NCBI GenBank assembly: GCA_017517275.1
Contig: JAFWZX010000033.1
Coordinates: 3,587-67,586 of the forward strand
Reading direction: 5' to 3'
DNA length: 64,000 bases
Source: Clostridia bacterium
GTDB lineage: Bacteria > Bacillota > Clostridia > UBA1212 > UBA1255
The position numbers were made by a program, and so were the translations under genes. Shown here piece by piece: positions 36,378 through 46,354 of this stretch; positions within the stretch are counted from its first letter, which is position 1, and each line of letters begins with the position of its first letter. The notes beneath the pieces are model-generated. The model was not told where the DNA came from, ran no database searches, and saw only the letters and a list, made by a program, of their open reading frames with translations.

Positions 36378-38333
36378 ATGAGAGAATTATTTAAAAGTAA
36401 ATCTATGTATTTCAAATCGTTCGTTATCATGCTTCTTGTGGCAAGTTTTGCTTTCTCTATGTTGCCTATTTACGCAGGCAGATCAAAATTATCTACTGCT
36501 GATTACGGTGATATCAGAGATACTATGAGCGATACTTGGGTTGCTGTTGACGAGTTAGGCAGATGGGTTGCAACCGGTGATGACGAAGGCACCCATGCTA
36601 TTGAAGAAGACAAACACGTCCTGATGTTCTATTATACATGGCATTCAGGTCTTCAAGGACCGTATAATATTAGAAAAATCCTTGATAAATATGCTGAGAC
36701 AGGCAGAGCAGTATGGGGCGGAAAGTGGCAATTCCATTATTGGGACGAACCGTATTTCGGATATTATAAAAGTGATGACCCTTGGGTAATTCGCAAAGAT
36801 ATACAGATGCTTTGTGATGCCGGAGTTGACGGCGTGTTCTTTGATGCCGGTAACGGTTATCTTTACCATGCTGCATACGAAGCGTTTTTTGCAGAAAATC
36901 AAAAGAGAAAAGATGATGGTCAATCATATCTTAAAGCTACTTGGATGATTTGTGCCGGAGGACCTAAGGGTTCTGTTGGTAACGTTCTTAAGGAATTATA
37001 TGACGTTTATTATACAAATGATAAGTATAAAGACGTTCTTTATGAAGTAGACGGCAAACCGTTAATTCTTGCTCCTGATTCAGCTATGAATTCCGAATTT
37101 AACAAGTTCTTTACTCAAAGATATTGTTGGGCTTGGAAAACAGGCGAGAACAGATGGCCTTGGCTTGATGAGAAAGGCGAAGGCGGTTGGGGTCCTGATT
37201 CTTCTGCAGATAAGCTTGAACAGATGTCAGTAGCTGCAGCAGGACATCCTACTCAGAACATAGGTAAGAGTTTCTCTATGGCGTATGGACAGCCTTCAGA
37301 TTCTGAATTTGAGACTGAAAAGGGTATCCGTTTTATAGAACAATGGGAGAGAGCTATTGAAGCTGATCCTCAATTTGTTCTTGTAACACAGTGGAACGAG
37401 TGGATTGCTCAGCGTTTCATTACCGGTGAAGACGGTGGTTCACAGCAACAAGGTAATCACTATACAAAGAATGGAGAATCTTATTTTGTCGACGTTTATA
37501 CTGCTGAGTATTCAAGGGATATCGCTCCTATGAAGAATACGGACGGCAAAGGTTACGGAGATAACTACTACTATTTGCTTGCAAATTACGTAAGATTGTT
37601 TAAAGGTGCCCGTGAGATTCCTACATATAAAACTTCTTCGACAGTTGATATTAATAATTTTGCTACTATCAACCAGGCAGAGGCTATATTCTACGATGAC
37701 CTTTATGACACACTTCACAGAGATCATCCTACGTCGGTAGGATCATCAAAGAAAAGATTAGTTGATGACTCCGGTCGTAATGATTTTGAAGAAGTAAGAG
37801 TTGCCAGCGATGATAATAACGTTTATTTCTATATCAAAACTGTTGAAGATATCACAGCTCCGGAAGGAACTAATTGGATGAACATTCTTATTAACAGTGA
37901 TTCAGATTATACGACAGGTTGGCATGGATATGATTACGTTGTAAACAGATCAGTAAACGGCAATACAACTTCGATTGACAGCTACGGTGCAGACGGTACG
38001 TATGCATTTACATCTGCAGGCAGCGGATCTATTAATTATAGCGGTAAGGAAATGGTTGTTTCTGTGCCTAAGAGTGTTATCAACGTATCCGGCAACAAAT
38101 TTACAATCGACTTTAAGATTGCAGATAATATTCCTGAGGAAGATTACATAATGTACTTTATAGACAAGGGCGACGTTGCTCCGAACAACAGATTCAATTA
38201 CAGATATAAATTCGACGTTGATTACGTAGCAAAATCCGAGAAAAAGGGTGGATGCGGTAGTTCATCTGCAGTATTCAGCGTATTTGCTGTTATGGGATTG
38301 GCAGTATTGCTTAAGTCAAAGAAACGCAGATAA
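36378..38333 (+). CDS. Secreted glycoside-hydrolase-like protein (GH99/GH71-like TIM-barrel signature) with C-terminal Gly-Cys/TM/basic anchor
   Basis: Signal peptide (SFVIMLLVASFAFSMLPIYA), FYYTWH, EPYFGYYKSDDPWVIRKDIQML.DAGVDGVFFD and TQWNEWI blocks. The C-terminus is GGCGSSSAVFSVFAVMGLAVLLKSKKRR. Confidence 0.6.
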   Translation: MRELFKSKSMYFKSFVIMLLVASFAFSMLPIYAGRSKLSTADYGDIRDTMSDTWVAVDELGRWVATGDDEGTHAIEEDKHVLMFYYTWHSGLQGPYNIRKILDKYAETGRAVWGGKWQFHYWDEPYFGYYKSDDPWVIRKDIQMLCDAGVDGVFFDAGNGYLYHAAYEAFFAENQKRKDDGQSYLKATWMICAGGPKGSVGNVLKELYDVYYTNDKYKDVLYEVDGKPLILAPDSAMNSEFNKFFTQRYCWAWKTGENRWPWLDEKGEGGWGPDSSADKLEQMSVAAAGHPTQNIGKSFSMAYGQPSDSEFETEKGIRFIEQWERAIEADPQFVLVTQWNEWIAQRFITGEDGGSQQQGNHYTKNGESYFVDVYTAEYSRDIAPMKNTDGKGYGDNYYYLLANYVRLFKGAREIPTYKTSSTVDINNFATINQAEAIFYDDLYDTLHRDHPTSVGSSKKRLVDDSGRNDFEEVRVASDDNNVYFYIKTVEDITAPEGTNWMNILINSDSDYTTGWHGYDYVVNRSVNGNTTSIDSYGADGTYAFTSAGSGSINYSGKEMVVSVPKSVINVSGNKFTIDFKIADNIPEEDYIMYFIDKGDVAPNNRFNYRYKFDVDYVAKSEKKGGCGSSSAVFSVFAVMGLAVLLKSKKRR

Positions 38334-38375
38334 CTTGTTTTTCGTTTTTTGTTATAATTAGTTATTTAAGAGCTA

Positions 38376-38405
38376 CGGAGAAGGTATCTCATGATATCTT
38401 CTCCG
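38376..38405 (+). terminator. Strong hairpin, probable terminator
   Basis: 13 bp stem CGGAGAAGGTATC / GATATCTTCTCCG with loop TCAT. The downstream T-run is weak (GTGTTTT). Confidence 0.45.
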
Positions 38406-38435
38406 CAGGTGTTTTAGAAAAGGAATTAGATTGTT

Positions 38436-41400
38436 GTGAAGTGGACAGAAGAACAAAGTAAAGCTATAGATATACGTGGGAAAAATCTGCTTGTTGCGGC
38501 GGCTGCCGGATCAGGTAAGACTGCTGTGCTGGTAGAACGTATATTTAAAATCATAACTGAGGATACTGACGTTAATAAGCTGCTTGTGGTAACATTTACT
38601 AATGCTGCTGCAAAAGAAATGAGCGTCAGGCTGTATAGCAAGCTGTCTGAAGCACTTCAGGAAGAGGGGATAAGTGACAGCCGTAAAGAACGTCTTACAA
38701 GACAAATAATTCTTCTCTCCAGCGCAAATATAACAACTATTCACTCCTTTTGCCAGAAAATTATAAAAAATAATTTTAAAGAAAGCGGTGTTGATCCTGC
38801 TTGTACTGTAGTAGAGGACAAAGAAAACGAGGTTATTAAACAAGAGTGTCTCGAAAAAGTCCTTGGCAGCTACTACGAAGATTTTTCACCGGGCTTTAGC
38901 AGATTACTTGATACGTATGGCAGATATAAATCAGATGACGCATTGAGAGACACGGTTTTTAAAATTGTTGACATTGCAAACTCCTGTGTTGATCCCTGTA
39001 AATGGCTCCGAGAACAGGCAGATGTATATGATTATACGCAATACGAGGATTTTACATGCACAAAATGGGCTAAAGATATAATAGATAATTTGATTTCGGG
39101 TATAGACGCTTACTGTGAAGAATATATAAGACTTCGTGACTTTGCTTCTTGTAACGGAGGCGAGTTTTATTCAAAAACGCTGGATTCAGATTATAATAAT
39201 TTAAAGAATTTTGCCGTGATACTTAATAAAAAAGACGTTAAATGGCAAGAATTGTATGATGTTGCACATGGGATTTCTTTTATGACTGCACCAAGTATGA
39301 CTGCAAAGGTAAAGGCGCAGATGTTAGATTCAGAGATAGAAGCATGCGCACAAATAAAAGAAAAAAGAGATAAGATTAAGAAGAAAGTTAACGATCTTGT
39401 TAATAATCAATTCGGTAATTCTCCTGATATGCCTGTTAAAGAGATGAATCTTCTGTATGAAGATATGAAGCTTTTGTCAAAAATTTCCGTGGAATTTTTA
39501 GAAGAACATAGAAAAGAGAAAAAGAAAAGAAATTATATAGATTTTAATGATTTTGAACATATGGCATACAATACACTTAAAGATAATCCTGACATAGTAC
39601 AGTATTATAAGGACTTATTTGAGGAAATATATATAGATGAGTATCAGGATACAAGTGAGATACAGGAAGCTATTCTTACAGCTGTGTCACGTGAGCAAAA
39701 GAATATGTTTATGGTAGGGGACGTAAAGCAGAGCATATATTCTTTCAGACAGGCCCGGCCGGATATTTTTTTGGAGAAATATAAGAAGTACGCTGCACGG
39801 AACGATGAGTATGGTACTTTGTTGCTGCTGAACAAAAATTTCAGAAGCTCAAAAGGTGTGATAGACAGTGTCAATCATGTTTTTGCCGGCATCATGAATG
39901 AGAGAACTTGTTCTATGGATTATACTGAAAAAGAAAGCCTTAATTACGGTGCGGAAGGTTTTGACGTAAAAAAGGAAAGTAACGCCGTGGAATGCCACGT
40001 GATAGATAAAAATGCTGAGATAACGGAACCGGAATTTGTTGCAGAACGTATAAAAAAACTGGTGGACAATAAGTATAAGGTTTTGAATTTGAAAACAGGA
40101 GAATTATCTGAAGTGAAATATTCAGATATAGTAATCCTGCTAAGGAGCTTTTCTAAAAAAGCCCATTTATATGCAAAGGCGCTATCTAAGGCCGGAATTC
40201 CGGCTTATTACCACGTAGATGGAGGCTTTTTTGATTGCGGGGAGATTAATGTTCTTATGTCTTTCCTCAGAATTATAGATAATCCGCTGCAGGATATGCA
40301 TTTTATTTCCGTTATGAGGAATATTTATGGCTTTACAGACGAAGAACTTGCACAAATCAGCATACATTACAGACAAAAGTTGCCTGAAGGTATTATAGAA
40401 AAGGGACGTCAGTATTTCTATGATGCATGTATTGATTACACCGGCGATGATAAGCAGAATGTAAAAGCCGATATCTCAGACAAGTTAAATGCATTCATAA
40501 ATAGATATAACAATATCAGGACTCGCGCTGATGCGATGGCAATATCTCAGCTTTTGTGGATTTTAATTCATGAAAATAATTTTTATGATGTTTTGCTATC
40601 CCAACCAGATGGGCCGGACTATAGAGGAAATATCAATCTGCTGCTTAATAATGCGATGAATTACGATAAAAACACAGGAAAGGGACTATTTGGCTTTATT
40701 CTATATTATGACAATTTAAGAAAGCGTAAGGTTGACCTTAATAGTGCCAACAGTATGTCAGGCGCAAATCAGGTGAATATTATGTCTATTCACAAAAGCA
40801 AGGGATTGGAATTCCCTGTTGTCTTTCTGTCTGATACAGGCAAGCGATTCAATATGAAGGACCTGGATACCAAAATGGTTGTTCACAGCTATCTTGGCTA
40901 CGGTCCTACCTGTTATGAGAAAAATAAAAAGATAACGTATTCATCAATTATGAGGGAATGTATCAAGCTCCGCTGCAGCAAGGATTACAGAGCTGAAGAA
41001 ATGCGTGTCTTATACGTTGCGATGACTCGTGCTAAAGATAAATTGATTATAACAGGTAAAACTCATATGACTTATGAGGATTTTTCACAAAAAGCCCTTG
41101 AAAAAAGAAGCCTGATTTCACAAAAGCCGATAAACTATTACGTTTTAAACGCAGCAAGCTATCTTGAATGGATTGCTATGCATTATTGCCAACGAAAAGA
41201 TCAAGACAAGGACGTTATCCGTCCGGTACCTGCTTCTGAGCTGTATAAACAAACCCGCCCGGAAGAAGCAAAAGACGATAAGTCGGAATACGATGACGAG
41301 ACGGAGACCTTTCAAGAAATATCATTTCTGCCGAGAATGCCTGCATATAGCGGGGAAAATAAAGTAGATAAAACTGTTGAATATAACAAATTTCCTGCAA

Positions 41401-42056
41401 AAATATCTGTGACGGAGATAAAGCGACTGATGGAAGCTTTTGAAGATGAGAACACAGTCCGCTATCCTGAGCCTGATTACAAAATGAATGAACTTCCGGA
41501 CTTTTCACAACAAAGGAAGGAAGGTATATCAGCAAAGAATCAAGGCACCTTACTTCACCTGTGTCTTCAAAAAATGGATTACGCTGTTGTGGAACGGGTA
41601 CGTATTTCTGAAAAACCTAATCAGACAGCTTCAGCTTATATTGACGAATTGATTATGGAGCTGGAAGATGAAGACATTATTTCTGACGAGGAAAGTAAAT
41701 TGTTACGAAGGGATATATTAATAAGATTTTTGCTATCAGATTTTGCAAAAAGGCTTTCTGCTGCAGATAAAATGGTAAGGGAAAAACCTTTTATAATGAA
41801 CAGTGTTTTGAATGGACAGAATGTAACAATACAAGGTATAATAGACTGTGTTATAGAAGAAAAAGGCATAATAACTCTTGTTGATTTTAAAAGTGATTAT
41901 GTAGGTGATAATCCGTCAAATGAAGAGCTTTACAAACATAGTTTAGGTTACTCCGTGCAGCTTACGGAATATGCGAAATGCTTACGTTTGCTAACCGGAG
42001 CAGAACCGAAGAAGTTATTATATTATCTAAGATATAACAAGGAAATAGAACTTTGA
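38436..42056 (+). CDS. addA: ATP-dependent helicase/nuclease subunit A (AddA/RexA)
   Basis: 1206 aa with a UvrD-type N-terminus (WTEEQSKAI...VAAAAGSGKT), YIDEYQDTS, and the C-terminal RecB-type nuclease motif GIIDCV...LVDFKSDY. GTG start. Confidence 0.85.
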   Translation: MKWTEEQSKAIDIRGKNLLVAAAAGSGKTAVLVERIFKIITEDTDVNKLLVVTFTNAAAKEMSVRLYSKLSEALQEEGISDSRKERLTRQIILLSSANITTIHSFCQKIIKNNFKESGVDPACTVVEDKENEVIKQECLEKVLGSYYEDFSPGFSRLLDTYGRYKSDDALRDTVFKIVDIANSCVDPCKWLREQADVYDYTQYEDFTCTKWAKDIIDNLISGIDAYCEEYIRLRDFASCNGGEFYSKTLDSDYNNLKNFAVILNKKDVKWQELYDVAHGISFMTAPSMTAKVKAQMLDSEIEACAQIKEKRDKIKKKVNDLVNNQFGNSPDMPVKEMNLLYEDMKLLSKISVEFLEEHRKEKKKRNYIDFNDFEHMAYNTLKDNPDIVQYYKDLFEEIYIDEYQDTSEIQEAILTAVSREQKNMFMVGDVKQSIYSFRQARPDIFLEKYKKYAARNDEYGTLLLLNKNFRSSKGVIDSVNHVFAGIMNERTCSMDYTEKESLNYGAEGFDVKKESNAVECHVIDKNAEITEPEFVAERIKKLVDNKYKVLNLKTGELSEVKYSDIVILLRSFSKKAHLYAKALSKAGIPAYYHVDGGFFDCGEINVLMSFLRIIDNPLQDMHFISVMRNIYGFTDEELAQISIHYRQKLPEGIIEKGRQYFYDACIDYTGDDKQNVKADISDKLNAFINRYNNIRTRADAMAISQLLWILIHENNFYDVLLSQPDGPDYRGNINLLLNNAMNYDKNTGKGLFGFILYYDNLRKRKVDLNSANSMSGANQVNIMSIHKSKGLEFPVVFLSDTGKRFNMKDLDTKMVVHSYLGYGPTCYEKNKKITYSSIMRECIKLRCSKDYRAEEMRVLYVAMTRAKDKLIITGKTHMTYEDFSQKALEKRSLISQKPINYYVLNAASYLEWIAMHYCQRKDQDKDVIRPVPASELYKQTRPEEAKDDKSEYDDETETFQEISFLPRMPAYSGENKVDKTVEYNKFPAKISVTEIKRLMEAFEDENTVRYPEPDYKMNELPDFSQQRKEGISAKNQGTLLHLCLQKMDYAVVERVRISEKPNQTASAYIDELIMELEDEDIISDEESKLLRRDILIRFLLSDFAKRLSAADKMVREKPFIMNSVLNGQNVTIQGIIDCVIEEKGIITLVDFKSDYVGDNPSNEELYKHSLGYSVQLTEYAKCLRLLTGAEPKKLLYYLRYNKEIEL

Positions 42057-42085
42057 TTACAAAAGAAATGTAAGGGTTGATTGTT

Positions 42086-42814
42086 ATGGAAGAAATGAGA
42101 TTACAAAAATTTATGGCAATATGCGGAATAGCATCAAGGCGGGAAAGTGAGAAGATTATCGCCTCCGGAAGAGTGGAGGTAAATGGTCAAATAGTGACTG
42201 AACCCGGCATAAAGGTGACGTATCCAAAAGACAGCGTTAAAGTAGATGATGTGGTTATAAAGCCGGAAAAAGAAAAGCATTACATTATGTTAAATAAACC
42301 GGAAGGATTCCTGTCCTCTGTAAAGGATGACAGAGGAAGGGAATGCGTAGTGTCCTTGGTTGAAGGAATTAATGCAAGACTCTATCCTGTAGGCAGGTTA
42401 GATTACGATACCACAGGCTTGTTGATTCTTACTAATGATGGTGATTTTATGCAAAGTGTTACTCATCCGTCGTCTGAAATATGGAAAACCTACAGAGCAG
42501 TTGTACGTGGTGTACCTGATGAATCAGACGTAAAGCACTTTGCTCAAGGTATTTTATTAGATGACGGCAAGACTCTTCCGGCAGTACTGGACGTTGTTGG
42601 CTATAAAGGTGAGAATGCAATTGTCGAAGTAAGCATAAGAGAAGGTCGTAACAGACAGGTAAGAAGGATGTTAGACCGCGTAGGACACGGTGTTAAAAGT
42701 CTTCACAGAATATCCTACGGCACACTTAACCTTGATGACTTAAAACCGGGAAAATGGCGCAGACTTACTCCCGAAGAGGTTGCCGGATTACTTGAAGCTG
42801 CAAAGAATGATTAA
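42086..42814 (+). CDS. Pseudouridine synthase, RsuA/RluB family (S4 domain plus catalytic domain)
   Basis: MRLQKFMAICGIASRRESEKII (S4 domain) and GRLDYDTTGLLILTNDG (catalytic Asp motif). Confidence 0.85.
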   Translation: MEEMRLQKFMAICGIASRRESEKIIASGRVEVNGQIVTEPGIKVTYPKDSVKVDDVVIKPEKEKHYIMLNKPEGFLSSVKDDRGRECVVSLVEGINARLYPVGRLDYDTTGLLILTNDGDFMQSVTHPSSEIWKTYRAVVRGVPDESDVKHFAQGILLDDGKTLPAVLDVVGYKGENAIVEVSIREGRNRQVRRMLDRVGHGVKSLHRISYGTLNLDDLKPGKWRRLTPEEVAGLLEAAKND

Positions 42815-43091
42815 TATGTGTTAAGCGGGAATCAGTACTGCAAAGGATATCAAAAGTATTGATCCGTCATTTGAACTCTCTTTTTTGCTTTCTGACGAAA
42901 TATTTTTTATAATTTTATAGGTGATGAAAGAATTTAGACTTGTGATATTACAAAGTTTCTTTTTTATTATAAATGAATGATGTTTTTGCTGATTTTATCG
43001 TAAATATAACAGTGAAATCAAAAATTTTCACTTTATCGGTTTTTTTTTATATAAAATAGTGGTATTATATCAATTTGAGGAGTTGATGAAA

Positions 43092-44205
43092 ATGTTTGAA
43101 CTTGAGCAGTTTGCTTTAGAACTGGATAGTTTACTTAAAAACTTAAACGATCTGAGGGATTCACTTTGACACAGATGGCATCAAGAAATTAATCGATGAA
43201 TTGGAAGCTAAAGCTTCACAAACCGGTTTTTGGGATGACCAGAAGGAATCACAGAAGACGCTGAAGCACTTAAAGCAACTTAAAACAAAGATTGAAAAAT
43301 TTACTGAGCTGGAAAATAAATATGAAGAGATTCAGCTTACCATTATGCTTGCAAACGAAGAAAACGATGCAAGTGCAGTTGATTTGGTCCGGGCAGAAAT
43401 AGAAGCTTTTAAAGCTGCCTTTACGATGCTTAGACTTGAGACTTTGCTCAGCGGTGAGTATGATGCCAATAATGCTATTATGAGTATTCACCCGGGTGCA
43501 GGCGGTACGGAATCTCAGGACTGGGCTTCTATGCTGATGCGTATGTACATCAGATGGGGAGAAGATCACGACTACAAGGTAGAAGTTGTAGAGTATCTTG
43601 ATGGTGACGAAGCAGGTCTTAAGAGTGCAGTTATCCGTTTTGAAGGAGACAATGCATACGGATTTTTAAAAAGTGAGCACGGTGTTCACCGTCTTGTTCG
43701 CATATCGCCTTTTGATTCGGCAGGTAGAAGACATACTTCATTCGTATCGGTTGAATTATTACCGGAAATTGACGATGATATCGAGATTGATATCAGACCG
43801 GAAGATCTGGAAATCGGAACGTACCGTTCCAGCGGTGCAGGGGGACAGCACATTAACAAAACGGATTCTGCCGTGCGAATTGTTCACAAACCTACCGGTA
43901 TTACAGTTGCATGTCAGAACGAGCGCTCCCAGCTTCAAAACAAAGAGCGTGCTATGAAAATGCTCCGTTCTAAGCTGTTTGAGGCAAAACAACGTGAGAA
44001 CGTTGAGAAAATTTCAGACTTGAAGGGAATACAAATGGAAATTGCATGGGGAAGCCAGATCAGATCATACGTTTTCTGCCCATACACACTTGTAAGTGAC
44101 AGACGTACAGGCTACGAAGAAGGCAATATAGCAAAAGTAATGGATGGCGGCCTTGATGGCTTTATCAACAGTTACCTTGCCTTTGAGTACAATAAAAATA
44201 AATAA
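43092..44205 (+). CDS. prfB: Peptide chain release factor 2, join(43092..43166,43168..44205) through programmed +1 frameshift
   Basis: Frame 0 reads MFELEQFALELDSLLKNLNDLRDSL and ends CTT TGA C (43164-43170). The +1 frame continues DTDGIKKLIDELEAKASQTGFWDD..., with SPF and GGQ (SGAGGQHINK) motifs. An alternative ATG is at 43086. Confidence 0.9.
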
Positions 44206-44220
44206 AGAGGTGTAATAAAT

Positions 44221-45186
44221 ATGAAATTAGGTGTTCTGACCGTTGTATTACAGGAAATGGAATTTAAAAAAGCAATGAAATACCTGGCGGATTCAGGTGT
44301 TCAGGCTGTTGAAATAGGTTGTGGCGGCTATCCGGGTAATGCACATTGCAAACCTGAAGTGCTGTTAAACGATCCGGCTGCTTTAGAAGACTTTAAGAAG
44401 ACTATCAAAGACAATGGCCTGGAAATCAGCGCTCTTAGTTGCCACGGCAATCCTGTTCATCCGAATAAGGAAATAGCAAGTTCTTTTCATAACGATTTTA
44501 TAAATACGATACTGTTAGCAGAAAAGCTCGGTGTGGATCGTATTGTAGGATTCTCCGGTTGTCCGGGCGATTGTCCGAAATCAAAACATCCAAACTGGGT
44601 TACATGCGCATGGCCTAATGATTATCTTGAGATTCTTGATTATCAGTGGAAAAAAGTTCTTATACCGTATTGGAAAAAAACGGCAAAGTTTGCAAAAGAG
44701 CACGGCATCAAGAAGATCTGTTTTGAGATGCACCCCGGCTTCTGCGTATACAACCCCGAGACTTTATTAAAACTTCGTGCTGCCGTAGGTGATATTATCG
44801 GAGCTAACGTTGATCCAAGCCACCTTATCTGGCAGGGTATCGATCCGGTTGAGGCTATTCGTACGTTAGGCGATGCTGTATATTTTGTACATGGTAAAGA
44901 CGTAAGACTTGATAATGCCAACGTGGCAAAGAATGGCGTTCTCGATACAAAGAGCTACGGTGATATTGCAAACAGATCGTGGGTATTCCGCACAATGGGC
45001 TACGGACACGACACAGGCATGTGGAAAGATATTATAAGCATGCTTAAGACTGTAGGTTATGACGACGTCATCAGTATTGAACACGAGGATGCTCTTATGT
45101 CTGCTGAAGAAGGTCTTCAAAAGGCTATTGCCTTCTTGAAAGACGTGCTTATTTTCGAAAAAGCCGGAGAAATGTGGTGGGCGTAA
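44221..45186 (+). CDS. Sugar phosphate isomerase/epimerase (xylose-isomerase-like TIM barrel)
   Basis: 321 aa: MKLGVLTVVL...; the C-terminal IEHED-type metal ligand block is typical of AP_endonuc_2 family proteins. Confidence 0.75.
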   Translation: MKLGVLTVVLQEMEFKKAMKYLADSGVQAVEIGCGGYPGNAHCKPEVLLNDPAALEDFKKTIKDNGLEISALSCHGNPVHPNKEIASSFHNDFINTILLAEKLGVDRIVGFSGCPGDCPKSKHPNWVTCAWPNDYLEILDYQWKKVLIPYWKKTAKFAKEHGIKKICFEMHPGFCVYNPETLLKLRAAVGDIIGANVDPSHLIWQGIDPVEAIRTLGDAVYFVHGKDVRLDNANVAKNGVLDTKSYGDIANRSWVFRTMGYGHDTGMWKDIISMLKTVGYDDVISIEHEDALMSAEEGLQKAIAFLKDVLIFEKAGEMWWA

Positions 45187-45187
45187 T

Positions 45188-46354
45188 ATGTGGTCGGATA
45201 TAAGATTAAAGCAAGAAGAACAATTAGCTGAAAATGCTATGCGGTCAACAAATAGCCTCGGTCGCAAGTTTTACGAAGAACCTTGTCATATTCGCTCCGC
45301 GTATGAACGGGATGCAGATCGAATCTTATATTCTGAAGAATTTAGACGTCTTAGACATAAAACCCAAGTGTTTTTTAATGCAAAAAATGATCATATATGT
45401 ACTCGTATGGAGCACGTTTTGTATGTAAATGCAATATCCAATACCATTGGAAGAACACTTGGTTTGAATCAGGATTTGATAACAGCAATTGCCCTGGGCC
45501 ATGATATCGGTCATGCGCCCTTCGGGCATAGCGGAGAAAGGGCGTTGTCCAGATGTGTTAATGCCGTAAATCCTGACCTTTCTTTTAAACATGAATATCA
45601 CAGTTTGAGAGTGGTAGACAGATTATCTACCAGAATTTCCCACGAAAAAATCAACGAAAAATGTGGACTTAATTTAACTTACGAGGTTCGCGACGGTATT
45701 GTAAGCCATTGCGGTGAAAACTACGACGAGTACATACTGTGGGCAGATAAGGATAAGAATCCTGAAAAAATTTACACTACCAGCCACAGAGATTGTATGC
45801 CATGCACGTTAGAAGCTTGTGTTGTACGATTAGTTGATAAAATAGCATACGTAGGGCGGGATATTGAAGATGCTGTCAGAGCAAAAATGCTTAATTACAC
45901 CGATATCTCCTTGGCTGTCAGAAAAGAGCTTGGCGAGACTAACGGGAAGATTATATCGACTTTAGTAGAAGATATAATAGAAAACAGCTACGGCTCTGAT
46001 TATATAAGGCTAAGTGAAGCAAAGGCACAGGCACTTAGCGAGATGATAAAAACGAATAACAGATTGATTTATAGTGCACCGATGATAAAACGTTACGAAA
46101 GTAACACGAATAACGTTGTCGAAGGTTTGTTTGAGCGCCTCTATAATCAAATAAAAGATATCGATTATTCTGATAATAAAACGCTGATGCGAATTAAGAA
46201 ACACGACAATAAGATTCAACTAAAGCTTATTGATTTTATTCTTGATAAGAATTACGATTCACAGGATTTACCTGAACAGATAGTAGTAGATTATATAGCC
46301 GGGATGACGGATGGTTATGCCCTGAAAACATTTGAGGATATGTATTGGATATGA
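45188..46354 (+). CDS. dGTPase-like HD-domain triphosphohydrolase (Dgt family)
   Basis: R..YERDADRILYSEEFRRLRHKTQVF...TRMEHVL.V...GHDIGHAPFGH, typical of the Dgt-like family. Confidence 0.8.
   Translation: MWSDIRLKQEEQLAENAMRSTNSLGRKFYEEPCHIRSAYERDADRILYSEEFRRLRHKTQVFFNAKNDHICTRMEHVLYVNAISNTIGRTLGLNQDLITAIALGHDIGHAPFGHSGERALSRCVNAVNPDLSFKHEYHSLRVVDRLSTRISHEKINEKCGLNLTYEVRDGIVSHCGENYDEYILWADKDKNPEKIYTTSHRDCMPCTLEACVVRLVDKIAYVGRDIEDAVRAKMLNYTDISLAVRKELGETNGKIISTLVEDIIENSYGSDYIRLSEAKAQALSEMIKTNNRLIYSAPMIKRYESNTNNVVEGLFERLYNQIKDIDYSDNKTLMRIKKHDNKIQLKLIDFILDKNYDSQDLPEQIVVDYIAGMTDGYALKTFEDMYWI

Noticed and set aside
42825-43085. AT-rich 270-bp spacer before prfB, screened for small ORFs or RNA elements
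   Set aside because: It contains only short imperfect hairpins and ORFs under 30 codons with no RBS. It likely holds just the rluB-family terminator and the prfB promoter.
44866-45267. 133-aa minus-strand ORF spanning the isomerase/Dgt junction
   Set aside because: It overlaps two confidently assigned plus-strand genes and has no translation signals.
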